Positions 9,841 through 19,875 of a DNA stretch of 64,000 nucleotides are shown here, piece by piece. The stretch is taken from the NCBI GenBank assembly GCA_018713605.1, contig DVOM01000001.1, positions 67,158 through 131,157 on the forward strand, given 5' to 3'. A model generated the notes under the pieces. The model ran no database searches and was not told where the DNA came from. It saw nothing but the letters and a program-made list of their open reading frames with translations. Source of the stretch: Candidatus Scatocola faecigallinarum. GTDB taxonomy: Bacteria > Pseudomonadota > Alphaproteobacteria > RF32 > CAG-239. Each line of letters opens with the position of its first letter. Within the stretch, counting starts at the first letter, position 1. Position numbers and translations under genes: made by a program.

Positions 9841-11490
9841 TTACTTGCGCAGCCGTTTAATCAGCCCGATCAGCGAATTGGTCGAACCGTCATGATTAAT
9901 GCCGGAAGCAGTTCCCTGCAACTCGGGAAGGATGCTCAGCGCCATCTGTTTGCCAAGCTCGACGCCGTACTGGTCAAACGAGTCGACGTTCCAAACCACG
10001 CCCTGAACAAAAACCTTGTGCTCATACATCGCAATCAGCATGCCCAGCGTATACGGATCCATTTTCTTAAACACAATGGTATTTGACGGCCTGTTTCCCT
10101 CGAAACTCTTAAATTTCTTCAGATAATTGATTTCTTCCCGGCTTTTTCCGGCCTTTTTCAGCTCGGCAGCAGCTTCTTTGACGGTCTTGCCGCGCATCAG
10201 AGCCTCGCCCTGCGCCAGCACGTTCGCCACCAAAATCTCATGGTGTTCGCCGATTTCGTTATGCGAAATTGCCGGAATGACAAAATCCATCGGCACAATT
10301 TCGGTTCCCTGATGAATCAGCTGGAAGAAAGAATGCTGAACGTTTGTTCCCGCGCCGCCGAACAACACCGGCCCGGTCGCATATTTCACATATTCGCCGT
10401 TCATGGCCACAAACTTGCCGTTGCTTTCCATATCCAGCTGCTGCAAATACATCGGCACATACTGCAAATACTGATCATAGGGAATAACCGCATAACGGTG
10501 CAGCCCGAAGAAATTATTGTACCAGATACCGAGCATGCCGAGAATAACCGGAATGTTATGTTCAAAATCGGTATTGTAAAAATGCTGATCCATCGCATAG
10601 GCGCCTTCAAGCATCCGTTCAAAATTCTCAAATCCGACCGCGATGGCAATAATCAGGCCGATGGCCGACCACATGGAATAGCGTCCGCCGACAAAATCCC
10701 AGAATTCAAACATGTTTTCGGGATTAATGCCGAACTTCTCCACCTCTTTTATATTCGTAGACAGCGCCACAAAATGCTTGGCAACCGCATGTTCGCCCAA
10801 GGCGTCAACCAGCCATTTACGGCAGGTTCTGGCATTGGTAAGCGTTTCAATGGTCGTAAAGGTCTTGGACGCAACGATAAACAGCGTCGTCTCGGGATCA
10901 ACCTTGTTCAGAACCTCGGCACAGGCCGTTCCGTCAATATTGGAAATGAAATAGCAGTTGATATCCTTGGCCCAGTATTTGCGCAGAGCCTCGCAGGCCA
11001 TAACCGGCCCCAAGTCAGAACCGCCGATGCCTATATTGACGATATTGGTCAGCTTTTTGCCGGTCTGCCCCTTAAACTCGCCGAAACGCACCGCGTCGGA
11101 AAATTTCTTCATCTTCGCCAAAACTTCGTTAATCTGCGGCATGACGTTTTTGCCGTCAACGTAAATCGGCGTATTGGCACGGTTTCGCAGTGCAATATGC
11201 AAAACGGGGCGGCGTTCGGTTACGTTGATTTTATCGCCTTTGAACATCGCCTTGATTTTATTTTCCAAATCGCACTCTCTGGCCAGATTCAGCAACAGTT
11301 TCATCGTCCGGTCGTTAATGCGGTTTTTGGAATAATCCACATACATTGCTTCCAGATTAACGCTGAATTTCTTTGCCCGATCCGCATCACAGGCAAACAA
11401 ATCTTTCATTTCCACCTTGCGAAAATGCTTATAGTGACTTTCCAGCTTTTTCCAGGCTTTGGTTTTATTTACGGTTTTCTCAAACATCAT
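9841..11490 (-). CDS. pgi: Glucose-6-phosphate isomerase
   Basis: 549 aa with full-length PGI-family similarity. Confidence 0.95.
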   Translation of the reverse strand: MMFEKTVNKTKAWKKLESHYKHFRKVEMKDLFACDADRAKKFSVNLEAMYVDYSKNRINDRTMKLLLNLARECDLENKIKAMFKGDKINVTERRPVLHIALRNRANTPIYVDGKNVMPQINEVLAKMKKFSDAVRFGEFKGQTGKKLTNIVNIGIGGSDLGPVMACEALRKYWAKDINCYFISNIDGTACAEVLNKVDPETTLFIVASKTFTTIETLTNARTCRKWLVDALGEHAVAKHFVALSTNIKEVEKFGINPENMFEFWDFVGGRYSMWSAIGLIIAIAVGFENFERMLEGAYAMDQHFYNTDFEHNIPVILGMLGIWYNNFFGLHRYAVIPYDQYLQYVPMYLQQLDMESNGKFVAMNGEYVKYATGPVLFGGAGTNVQHSFFQLIHQGTEIVPMDFVIPAISHNEIGEHHEILVANVLAQGEALMRGKTVKEAAAELKKAGKSREEINYLKKFKSFEGNRPSNTIVFKKMDPYTLGMLIAMYEHKVFVQGVVWNVDSFDQYGVELGKQMALSILPELQGTASGINHDGSTNSLIGLIKRLRK

Positions 11491-12908
11491 TGAACTCCCT
11501 GTTTCTCAAAACTGCCGACATTGACAAATATCATCTTCTCGGGATTGAAATATTCCCGGGCAACGCGGTTAACGTCCTTCAACTTGACCTGCCGCACATA
11601 ATCATTGCGCTTTTGCAAAAAATCAAGCCCCAAATTGTCTTTCTGCATATAAACCAATATGGCCGAAATCGTGTCAATTGACGCAAAACGCAGATTATAC
11701 GAAGCAATCAGATAATCCTTGGCTTCCGCAAGCTCCTCTTCGCTTACGCCCTTGCGTCCCATTTCCGCCCACTGCCGCCTGACGATTTCGACCACGCGCG
11801 CGAAATTGTCCGGGGTTGCAGAAAAGCCGCCGCGCAGCATCGGCGCTTTGTCCAGCAGGCTCAGATAGGTGTCAATCCCGTAAGTCAGTCCTTCCTTTTC
11901 GCGGGCAGCCATCGAAAGCCTGGAACTCAGTCCTGAACCGCCGAGAATATGATTGGCAATAAACAGCGGATAAAAATCGGGATGAGTCCGTCCGATTCCT
12001 TTCGCCGCAAAAGAAGAAACTACTTGTGCCGACGGGAGACTGATATTCCTGACGCGCCCGTCAAAATCAATTTCGGCCTCGCGTACAAAGACGATCCGCC
12101 CGCTTTCGGGCAGGCCGCCGAACAGCGCGTCGACGATTTTTCCCGCTTCTTCTTCGCTGACGTCACCGGCAATGCCGACCATCAGATTGCTCTTGCTCAA
12201 ATGATTTTTAACAAATTCCAACAGCTGCGGCCGGCCGATTTTCGCAATTGCTGCGGCATCGCCGACAGGATTGCGGGCATAAGGGTGCTTGCCGAATATT
12301 TCCTTTGCCGCCTCCAGGGCCAAAACCCCGGACGGGTGCTCGGTCTGCCGTTTGAGAGCCGCCAGCATCTGCGCTTTTGTGCGTCTGATGTCCTCTTCGT
12401 CGAAACGCGGCTGCGTCATTGCCATATTCAGCATTTTGAAGGCCGTATTCATATTTTCACGCGTTGTCAGCAGATGTCCCGAAAAATCGTCCATATCCGC
12501 GCTGAAACCCATGCCGACGGCTTTCTGTTCCAAAATTTCCTTAAACTGTTGACTGTCCAGATTGCCGGCGCCCTCAGTCAGCAGTGCAGCCGCCATTGTG
12601 CTGATGCCGCTTTGCTGCGTTTCGTCGGTCGAAAGCCCCGCGTTTTTAAACAGAAAATTAATGCTGATAATCGGATTGGTCCTGTCCTGAAACAAATAAG
12701 CCCTTATTTTGGCTTTTGGCGAAGTGATTTCCTTCACTTCCGTATCAAAGTTTTTTTCTTTCAGAATCGCGTCTTCCAAGATTGCCTGCGGATTAAATAC
12801 AAACCATCGGTTATACAGCCTCCAGCCGCCATAGACAAGCAGAGCCGTCAGCAGCAGCCACCACAGCCAGGCATAGGAACGGGTTTTATGATAATATCTG
12901 CGCGCCAT
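11487..12908 (-). CDS. M16-family peptidase, non-catalytic beta-like subunit with no HxxEH motif
   Basis: 473 aa. N-terminal transmembrane segment. M16 fold without the zinc motif. Its start overlaps the stop of the upstream M16 gene. Confidence 0.8.
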   Translation of the reverse strand: MARRYYHKTRSYAWLWWLLLTALLVYGGWRLYNRWFVFNPQAILEDAILKEKNFDTEVKEITSPKAKIRAYLFQDRTNPIISINFLFKNAGLSTDETQQSGISTMAAALLTEGAGNLDSQQFKEILEQKAVGMGFSADMDDFSGHLLTTRENMNTAFKMLNMAMTQPRFDEEDIRRTKAQMLAALKRQTEHPSGVLALEAAKEIFGKHPYARNPVGDAAAIAKIGRPQLLEFVKNHLSKSNLMVGIAGDVSEEEAGKIVDALFGGLPESGRIVFVREAEIDFDGRVRNISLPSAQVVSSFAAKGIGRTHPDFYPLFIANHILGGSGLSSRLSMAAREKEGLTYGIDTYLSLLDKAPMLRGGFSATPDNFARVVEIVRRQWAEMGRKGVSEEELAEAKDYLIASYNLRFASIDTISAILVYMQKDNLGLDFLQKRNDYVRQVKLKDVNRVAREYFNPEKMIFVNVGSFEKQGVQ

Positions 12909-14249
12909 TTACCGCCCCTCCTTCTCCGGCTTGATAACGCCGGTTACGTTAATTGCGCGGCCGAACAGATTTTTCGCCGCTTTGCGAACGTCGACAGCCG
13001 AAACCTTGCGGATATTGTCGGCATGATTTTCAATGTCTTCGACCGACATACCGACTGCCGCCATCGATCCGGCAATATAGGCCGCATCATTCGGATTGTC
13101 GCGCAGATAAACCTGCCCCGCAAGCATTTTGCCTTTGGTCTTTTCTATCTCTTCAACGCTTATTTCGGCCAAAGCCTCTTTTACGGCTTTATCCAGCGCC
13201 GTTTCAAAAGCCTTTGCGTCAACATCCTCCTTCGGCATGGCCGAAATGCTGAAACCACCGTAACTCCGCGATGCAAAATCATACGCAACCGAAACGCCCA
13301 AAGCGTTTTTTTCTTCCAAAACCAGTTTTTTATAAAGTTTAGAGGTTTCTCCCTCGCCCAGATAAGCCGACAGAACCAGCAGCGGATACACCGCCTCGCG
13401 GCTCGTATTAAACGACGGCGCAATATAGGACTTTGTCAGCCGCACAGTCTTAATCTGCGGCAGTTTCATTTCCAGACGTCCGGCAAAATGCCTGTCCAGT
13501 TTCGGAAAATCGGCCTTGGCGCCGACCGGCCGCGGTTTGACTTTGCCAAAATACTTTTCCGCCAGCAGCTTGGCCGTTTTCGGCTCAATATCGCCGGAAA
13601 GAACCAGTATCGCATTGTTCGGCGCATAATAGCGGCGATAAAAATCCATAACGTCGGCACGGCTGATGCTTTTGATTTCTTCCGGAGAACCGGAAATCGG
13701 CCGGCTGTAGGGATGCTGCTGCCACAAAACCCGCCGCAGCGACTCGCCGAAATAAGACGACGGATTGTTCTCCACGACCTGCATCCGCTCCTGAAACACG
13801 ACATCACGCTCCTTGTCAAAAGCCTTTTTGCCGAAATCCAGATTTTCCATCCGGTCGGCCTCCAGCGCCATGGCCAGTTCCAAACGGCTGACATCCGTTG
13901 TTTCGTAATAAGCGGTAAAATCCTGGGCGGTAAAGGCGTTGCTTTCGCCGCCGTTGCGGGCAATAATGGCGTTAAAGTCGGAATTCTTGACCTTTTTCGT
14001 TCCCCGGAACATCAGATGTTCAAGCAAATGAGCCGTACCGCCTTTTCCCAGCGCTTCGTCGACGCTGCCGACCTTATACCATACCATCTGGCGGACAATC
14101 GGCGCCTTGCGGTTTGGAATTACAATAACCTGCAGGCCGTTGTCGAGCCGAAATTCTTCCATGTCAAAAATTTTGGCACCGGCGGAACGGACGCCGAGAG
14201 CAAAGCAGCAAAAAACGGCCCAAACCAGATATTTCCTAACTGTTTGCAT
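12909..14249 (-). CDS. M16-family zinc peptidase (pitrilysin/PqqL-like), catalytic subunit
   Basis: Signal peptide. HLLEHLMF (HxxEH) zinc-binding motif. Confidence 0.85.
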   Translation of the reverse strand: MQTVRKYLVWAVFCCFALGVRSAGAKIFDMEEFRLDNGLQVIVIPNRKAPIVRQMVWYKVGSVDEALGKGGTAHLLEHLMFRGTKKVKNSDFNAIIARNGGESNAFTAQDFTAYYETTDVSRLELAMALEADRMENLDFGKKAFDKERDVVFQERMQVVENNPSSYFGESLRRVLWQQHPYSRPISGSPEEIKSISRADVMDFYRRYYAPNNAILVLSGDIEPKTAKLLAEKYFGKVKPRPVGAKADFPKLDRHFAGRLEMKLPQIKTVRLTKSYIAPSFNTSREAVYPLLVLSAYLGEGETSKLYKKLVLEEKNALGVSVAYDFASRSYGGFSISAMPKEDVDAKAFETALDKAVKEALAEISVEEIEKTKGKMLAGQVYLRDNPNDAAYIAGSMAAVGMSVEDIENHADNIRKVSAVDVRKAAKNLFGRAINVTGVIKPEKEGR

Positions 14250-14574
14250 TTAACTCCCTAAATTCCCGCTCGATCTTGGCCTTAATATCATCGTCGGTGT
14301 TCTGCGCCTCGATTTTGGACATCAGCTTCTGTTCGGACAAATCCATGCCCGACAACCTCTCGGTCATGTCTATTTCATTAAGGGCGCTCATATCGTTGAC
14401 CGGGCGCAGATCATAATCCGGCGGCAATGACAGCGGCGCTCTGGACATGACCATAAACTCATCCGGACCTTCGCTGACTAAACCAAGTTTCTTTTTCGTC
14501 GCCGTACTGCACGCGCCTAAAACTGAAACGGCCAGCACCGCACACATCAAAACCAAAGATTTCCTCATTTTCAC
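14236..14574 (-). CDS. Small lipoprotein of unknown function
   Basis: MKMRKSLVLMCAVLAVSVLGACS is a signal peptide with a lipobox. Confidence 0.5.
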   Translation of the reverse strand: MKMRKSLVLMCAVLAVSVLGACSTATKKKLGLVSEGPDEFMVMSRAPLSLPPDYDLRPVNDMSALNEIDMTERLSGMDLSEQKLMSKIEAQNTDDDIKAKIEREFRELNANS

Positions 14575-14594
14575 TCTCTTTCCTGCAACAATGT

Positions 14595-15107
14595 TTAAAT
14601 AGCAGACTTATCTTTGTTAAACAAGCTGTGAATAATAATTATTATGGCACCGATACAGATAAAGCTGTCCGATACGTTAAAAGCCGGCCAGTGCGCTTCG
14701 CCGATGTGAAAGTCCAGAAAATCAAAAACGGCACCCAGACGAATACGGTCGATCAGGTTGCCAACCGCGCCGCCGATGATAAAACCGAGCGCAACCTGCA
14801 ACAGACGGCTGGGCTCGCGACGCAGCCACCAAAGCAAAAAGGCGATGATACCGGCAGCCAGAGCCGAAAGCATTACGACGCCCCAAAACCCTTTGTCGTT
14901 AAACATCGAAAAACTGACGCCCGTATTCCAGGCTTTGACAAGATTAAACCAGGAGGTGTAAATAATCATCGCCCTGTCTTCCAGCACGGCGTTGAGAATA
15001 TAATATTTGGAAACCTGATCCGCAATCAGAACCGCGGCGGCCGTACATAAGCCCAAAAACACAATGCTCCTCCCGTTCGTTAAAACATTAGTCTGTATTA
15101 TAAGCAA
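14595..15107 (-). CDS. lspA: Lipoprotein signal peptidase II
   Basis: 170 aa. Four transmembrane segments. Conserved motifs NTGVSFSMF and FDFLDFHIG. Confidence 0.85.
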   Translation of the reverse strand: MLIIQTNVLTNGRSIVFLGLCTAAAVLIADQVSKYYILNAVLEDRAMIIYTSWFNLVKAWNTGVSFSMFNDKGFWGVVMLSALAAGIIAFLLWWLRREPSRLLQVALGFIIGGAVGNLIDRIRLGAVFDFLDFHIGEAHWPAFNVSDSFICIGAIIIIIHSLFNKDKSAI

Positions 15108-15151
15108 AATTTTGCAGATAAAAAGCCTATATTCGCAAATATACAGATATT

Positions 15152-16585
15152 TTAGAACAGAATCAGCCTGGCCAGTCCCAAAAAGATGAAATATCCGCCG
15201 GAATCGGTCATTGCAATCAGAAAAACGCCGGAGGAAATTGCCGGATCGACCTTAAAACGGTTCAGCGTCAGCGGAATAAGAATACCGGCCAGACTTGCCA
15301 GCGACAAATTACAAAGCATGGCAATGGCTATAATCGCGCTGAGCTCGTGCCGGGCCGGAAACATAAACCAGGTTATCAGACCGATCAGACAGGCAAACAA
15401 AAACCCGTTGACCACGCCGACCATAAATTCCTTGCCAATCATCCGCAGCGTATTGCGCGACGTCAGTTCCTTGGTTGCCAGCGCCCGCACCACTACCGCC
15501 AGCGTCTGGTTGCCGGTTGTTCCGCCCATGGAAGCCACAATCGGCATCAGTACCGCCAAAACCGAAATTTCGGCAATAATGTCCTGAAATTCCTTAACTA
15601 CCGTCGACGCCAGTATTGTAGCAAACAAATTGGTTATCAGCCAGACGGAACGCGAACGAAAAATGCCGAAAACCGATTTGTACACGTCGCCTTCTTCGGC
15701 GCCGGAGAGATGCATGATGTCCTCGCTGGCCTCCTCGTGGACAATGTCGACCACATCATCAATATTGATAACGCCGATTAGCCGCCCCTTATTGTCAACC
15801 ACCAGCGCCGACATCCAGCCGTATTCGCGAAACATATGCGCCACTTCTTCCTGATCCGTATAAACGTCAATCGGCACAATTTCGCAGTCCATAATATTGC
15901 AGAGTTTTTCATCGCCTTTGGCGCGCAGCAGCTTGTCCAGCGTAATTTCGCCGGTTGGCCGCAACGTTGAGGAATCAGTCAGAAATACCGTGTAAAATTC
16001 GTCCGGCAGCTCGGTATCCGAAAGCAGATACTGCTTGGCTTCCTTTACCGTCCAATCGTCGGGCATGCTCACAAAGTCGCGGGACATAATGCGTCCTGCC
16101 GAATCTTCAGGGTAATTCAGGGAGGATTCGACCTGATATTTCAGTTCCGGATCCAACTGTTCGATAATGGACTTCTGTTCCTTATCGTCCATGTGTTCCA
16201 GAATTTCGACCGCATCGTCGGAATCCAGCTCGTTAACGATATTGACAATCTGTCCTTCGTCCAGAGTTTCGATAACCTGTTCCTGAACAATCTCGTTCAA
16301 TTCCGGAAAAACTTCCGGATCAATATGATCGCCCAAAATTTCGACCAGACGCCGCCGATGGTTAAAATCCAAAGCTTCAATCAAACGGGCCAGATCATAC
16401 TCGTCCAACCCTTCGACAATCTTGCGGACATGGATTTTGTCGTCTTCGTCCAAAGCGATAACGACGGAATTAATCATCTTCTGACCGATACCGTACTGAA
16501 TTTGCTGACGCTGCTTTTTGCGGGTAAATTTTCTTTGTTTTTTAACTTTGGAGCCGGGTAAACGCTTTTTTGCTTTTTTCTTCAT
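15152..16585 (-). CDS. mgtE: Magnesium transporter MgtE
   Basis: 477 aa. Acidic N-domain, tandem CBS domains and a C-terminal 5-TM MgtE domain. Confidence 0.9.
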   Translation of the reverse strand: MKKKAKKRLPGSKVKKQRKFTRKKQRQQIQYGIGQKMINSVVIALDEDDKIHVRKIVEGLDEYDLARLIEALDFNHRRRLVEILGDHIDPEVFPELNEIVQEQVIETLDEGQIVNIVNELDSDDAVEILEHMDDKEQKSIIEQLDPELKYQVESSLNYPEDSAGRIMSRDFVSMPDDWTVKEAKQYLLSDTELPDEFYTVFLTDSSTLRPTGEITLDKLLRAKGDEKLCNIMDCEIVPIDVYTDQEEVAHMFREYGWMSALVVDNKGRLIGVINIDDVVDIVHEEASEDIMHLSGAEEGDVYKSVFGIFRSRSVWLITNLFATILASTVVKEFQDIIAEISVLAVLMPIVASMGGTTGNQTLAVVVRALATKELTSRNTLRMIGKEFMVGVVNGFLFACLIGLITWFMFPARHELSAIIAIAMLCNLSLASLAGILIPLTLNRFKVDPAISSGVFLIAMTDSGGYFIFLGLARLILF

Positions 16586-16768
16586 TTTCCCTCCCCTGAT
16601 TGAAAGACTTACTCTAAACCGATGTTTAAACGCGAGTGCTTTTCTGACGTGCCGATGGCAAAATCCCTGTTGTTAAAAAACAAAATTTCCTGATTGATAA
16701 ACTGAGTTTTGAATGGCGTGGGTCCAAGACCCTCTCCGCTATCCAAAATAATGACTTTGTCTTTATTT

Positions 16769-16854
16769 TGGTGCGGCCGAGAAGACTCGAACTTCCATGA
16801 GCTTAGCTCATAACGACCTCAACGTTACGCGTCTACCAATTTCGCCACGGCCGC
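16769..16854 (-). tRNA. tRNA-Leu (anticodon GAG), with CCA encoded
   Basis: Reverse complement GCGGCCGTGGCGAAATTGGTAGACGCGTAACGTTGAGGTCGTTATGAGCTAAGCTCATGGAAGTTCGAGTCTTCTCGGCCGCACCA. Long variable arm. Anticodon loop TTGAGGT. Confidence 0.9.
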
Positions 16855-16970
16855 ATCTTTATAAAGACAAGCAAACATTTATTCCGATTCCGTAAAATAA
16901 TCAAGCTTTTTTTGCAAAGGTGTTGAAAAATTTTACGTTTCCGCATTCGTTTCCCGTCGTACGGGTTCCG

Positions 16971-17285
16971 TTACATCGGCATGGACATTATTTCCTTATA
17001 GGCCTTAATGGCGGAATCGCGCACGGCAACAACCGTCTCCAAAGCCATCTGGGCGTTCGACACCGCCAGCACCACGTCCTGAATGTCAGCCTTTCCCGAA
17101 ATGCCGCTGATAGCCGTTTGCTCGCTTTTTCTGGAGACGTCGACGGTTGTGGTCAGAGCCTGCTCAACCATGTCCTGAAAACCGGACTTTGCCGCCGGCT
17201 GAGGCTCAGCGGCCGGAAGTTTGGCCCCTATTCTGCCAAGAGCCTGCTGATAAGCGTTAAGCGCACTGTTAATACTGTTTGTCAA
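16971..17285 (-). CDS. fliE: Flagellar hook-basal body protein FliE
   Basis: 104 aa. The C-terminal end (SNAQMALETVVAVRDSAIKAYKEIMSM) matches FliE. Confidence 0.85.
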   Translation of the reverse strand: MTNSINSALNAYQQALGRIGAKLPAAEPQPAAKSGFQDMVEQALTTTVDVSRKSEQTAISGISGKADIQDVVLAVSNAQMALETVVAVRDSAIKAYKEIMSMPM

Positions 17286-17302
17286 TGTCTTTCCCCTTTA
17301 TC

Positions 17303-17716
17303 CTACTTCAAAACATCAAGAATTTTGCTGTTCATGTCCCGCGCCGTCTGCATCATGCTCATATTGGCATCATAACTGCGCTGCGCCTCTTTCATATCCA
17401 TCATTTCCACCAGAGGATTAACGTTTGGCATGGCCACATAACCCTCGGCATTGGCCGCCGGATGATCCGGCATGTATTTCATCTGAAACGGCGAGCGGTC
17501 GGGCAAAACCTTGTCCACCTTGACCAGCTGCGCACCGGTCGCCTCGTCAACATAATTCTTAAACGTCACGACCTGGCGGCGGTACGGATCCTCGCCCGGA
17601 CGAATGCCGACGGAGTCCGCGTTGGCCATGTTCTCGGAAATAACGCGCAGACGCTCGGCCTGGGCTTTCATTCCCGAAACGGCAATATCCGCGCTTACCG
17701 ACAAATTTCCCGCCAT
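17303..17716 (-). CDS. flgC: Flagellar basal-body rod protein FlgC
   Basis: 137 aa. SGMKAQAERLRVISENMANADS N-terminus. C-terminal VNPLVEMMDMKEAQRSYDANM. Confidence 0.9.
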   Translation of the reverse strand: MAGNLSVSADIAVSGMKAQAERLRVISENMANADSVGIRPGEDPYRRQVVTFKNYVDEATGAQLVKVDKVLPDRSPFQMKYMPDHPAANAEGYVAMPNVNPLVEMMDMKEAQRSYDANMSMMQTARDMNSKILDVLK

Positions 17717-17731
17717 AATCCGTTATCCTCC

Positions 17732-18133
17732 CTATGAACCGGCCTGCGTATTGGCCGTTTTCAGCATATTGCGGTACGAAGTGTAAATCGTCAGCATCCG
17801 GTTATAATCGCCCTTGGTTTCGGCCACTTTGTTAAGCTGGTCTTCAATAATCACGCCGTTCCCGTCAATCGTTAAGGCATAATCGGGTTTGGGCGTATAA
17901 ACGCCGCCGGCAGCCGCATTGCCGGGCACCCCGGACATATGCTTCTCATTAGTACGCGCCAGACTTACCGTATTTTTGAGAACTTCGGCAAACTGAGGTT
18001 TTTCAAGGTCCTTGGCGACATATCCGGGCGTATTGGAATTGGCCAGATTCGCAGCCAGAACCTTCTGACGTTCGGTCAGATAGTTCAGCTCCTTGTTTGC
18101 CATTTGAAAAATGGTCAGATTGTTCAAATCCAT
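17732..18133 (-). CDS. flgB: Flagellar basal-body rod protein FlgB
   Basis: 133 aa. ANLANSNTPGY motif. Operon order flgB-flgC-fliE, as in Alphaproteobacteria. Confidence 0.9.
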   Translation of the reverse strand: MDLNNLTIFQMANKELNYLTERQKVLAANLANSNTPGYVAKDLEKPQFAEVLKNTVSLARTNEKHMSGVPGNAAAGGVYTPKPDYALTIDGNGVIIEDQLNKVAETKGDYNRMLTIYTSYRNMLKTANTQAGS

Positions 18134-18212
18134 GCTGTTTCCCCTTTATGCCCTGAGTTACGTTCCCCAACATAACTCTGCAAAATGCAAGAATTGTGCC
18201 AAATAAAAACCC

Positions 18213-18241
18213 TTGCCAAACCCAACGCCAGCCGTTACAAT
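18213..18241 (+). promoter_or_regulatory. Candidate sigma-70-type promoter TTGCCA-N17-TACAAT facing the flhB-C-like gene. A CtrA-like half-site pair TTAC-N7-TTAA overlaps it at 18235..18249.
   Basis: Read directly from the sequence. Spacing to the ATG at 18268 allows a short leader carrying AGGA. Confidence 0.35.
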
Positions 18242-18267
18242 TACATTAAAAAAAACAGGATGGCATC

Positions 18268-18591
18268 ATGTCTGAACAGGATGATAGCAGAAAACAAAAC
18301 AAAGACAACGGCGCAGACGCGTTGTCCACAGATTATGCCGTCGCGCTCGGCTATGATCATACCAAACAGGCCGCACCGAAAGTTCTGGCCAAAGGTCAGG
18401 GACCGATAGCGCAGAAAATCGTGCAGATAGCCATTGACGAAGGCATTGAAATCCGCCGGGACGCCGATCTGGTTCAGATTCTGAAAGCCGTGGACATTGA
18501 CGAGGAAATTCCGGTCGAAGCCTTTGCCGCCGTTGCCGAAATCATCTCCTACGTTTATCAGGTCAACAACAAACAGCTGCCCGAAACCTAA
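18268..18591 (+). CDS. Small protein homologous to the FlhB C-terminal domain (EscU/YscU/FlhB export-switch family)
   Basis: 107 aa. ALGYDHTKQAAPKVLAKGQGPIAQKIVQIAIDEGIEIRRDADLVQIL matches the FlhB C-terminal consensus. Divergent from flgB. Confidence 0.7.
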   Translation: MSEQDDSRKQNKDNGADALSTDYAVALGYDHTKQAAPKVLAKGQGPIAQKIVQIAIDEGIEIRRDADLVQILKAVDIDEEIPVEAFAAVAEIISYVYQVNNKQLPET

Positions 18592-19799
18592 GCCGTTTTT
18601 TCCAGCACCGTTACAAAAAAGCCGTCCGTATTCGTCGTCAACGGCGAAAAGCGCAGAAACCTGCCGTCTTTTCCCGGATACGGCGCTTCCAGCAGGCTTT
18701 GCCACAACCGCTTCAAATCAATATGTTTCACCTGCGGATTGCGCGCCGTAAAGGCATTGACGATATCTTCGTTTTCATCGCGCAAAATTGAGCAGGTTAT
18801 ATAAACGATTCGCCCGCCGGTTTTGGTACTTTTCAATGCGATATCAAGCAGTTCCGACTGGATTCTATTCAATTCGCTCAACTTTTGCGGCGTCAGGCGA
18901 AACTTTGCGTCCGGCGACCGCCGCCAGGTTCCGGTTCCCGAACAGGGCGCGTCGATGATGAACCGGTCATAATCGCGGCTTTTTAGCTCACGCACCGGCT
19001 CGACGTTTTTAATGTTCAAACGCTCCAAACGCGGCTTAATCTGTTCCAGACGGCGCCAGTCAACGTCATGAGCCTCGATTTTGCCGCGGCCGCCCGAAAG
19101 CGAGGCAATCGCCAGACTTTTCCCGCCGGCGCCGGCACAATAGTCCACAACCTTATGCTCTGGCCTGACGTCGCACAAAATCGCCGCCAGCTGCGAAGCT
19201 TCGTCCTGAACCTCAATTTCGCCCTCCCTGTAGGCGATACAGTTATTAAGATTAACGCGTTCGCTCGACCGGATACCGATTGGCGAATAAGGCGTCGGTG
19301 CAAAATACAGCCCCTCGCCCCGCAATTTCTGCAAAACGCTCTCCCTGCTGCCGCGGTTAACGCGCAAATCGGCGCTGGCAGGCTCGTTCAATGACTTTAA
19401 CAGCGCCATGTCTTCGACTTTGTCAAACAGCCAGCGCGGACATTCCGCCTCAACATCGGGCGGATAGACGCTCTCATTAATTTTTTTCAGCCAGTTTCTT
19501 TCTTCTTTGCTCAAGGCCGTCGGCGCATATTCTCCGGCGCCGAAAATCAAATCCAAATCTTCGTCTTTCAGATAAACCAGCAAAATCCGCCGCGGATCGG
19601 AAGACTGTGCCTCAAACTCCAGCCGCCGGCGGTGCCGGATAATTTTCCATACCGTTTCGGCAATAAAGCGGCGGTCGCCGGAACCGATATATTTCCGCTC
19701 GCGCAGATAAGCGTTGATAATCCCGTCTGCGGGGCTTTTGTCTTTGAATATTTCTTCCGTCAGTTCCAAAACCGCGTTATATCTGGCGCTTAGCTGCAT
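18588..19799 (-). CDS. rsmB: 16S rRNA (cytosine-C5) methyltransferase of the RsmB/Sun family
   Basis: 403 aa. SAM-binding DxCAAPGGK-like motif DYCAGAGGKS. PCSGTG and TCS catalytic cysteine motifs. Confidence 0.85.
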   Translation of the reverse strand: MQLSARYNAVLELTEEIFKDKSPADGIINAYLRERKYIGSGDRRFIAETVWKIIRHRRRLEFEAQSSDPRRILLVYLKDEDLDLIFGAGEYAPTALSKEERNWLKKINESVYPPDVEAECPRWLFDKVEDMALLKSLNEPASADLRVNRGSRESVLQKLRGEGLYFAPTPYSPIGIRSSERVNLNNCIAYREGEIEVQDEASQLAAILCDVRPEHKVVDYCAGAGGKSLAIASLSGGRGKIEAHDVDWRRLEQIKPRLERLNIKNVEPVRELKSRDYDRFIIDAPCSGTGTWRRSPDAKFRLTPQKLSELNRIQSELLDIALKSTKTGGRIVYITCSILRDENEDIVNAFTARNPQVKHIDLKRLWQSLLEAPYPGKDGRFLRFSPLTTNTDGFFVTVLEKTA

Positions 19800-19875
19800 T
19801 CTTTTCTCCTTTTTTCTCCCACTATAAACGCCAAAGGCCTTAAAAGCAATCCGCTTTTAAGGCCTTTGCAGCTTT

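Noticed and set aside
10240-11493. 417-aa + strand ORF
   Set aside because: Antisense to pgi.
11949-14261. 770-aa + strand ORF, the longest on the track
   Set aside because: It runs antisense across both M16 peptidase genes, which have a signal peptide and an HxxEH motif. R-rich junk translation from a GC-biased antisense frame.
16590-16770. The mgtE 5' leader as a possible M-box (ykoK) Mg riboswitch
   Set aside because: I could not find the conserved M-box core sequences in the leader. It is probably an ordinary UTR.
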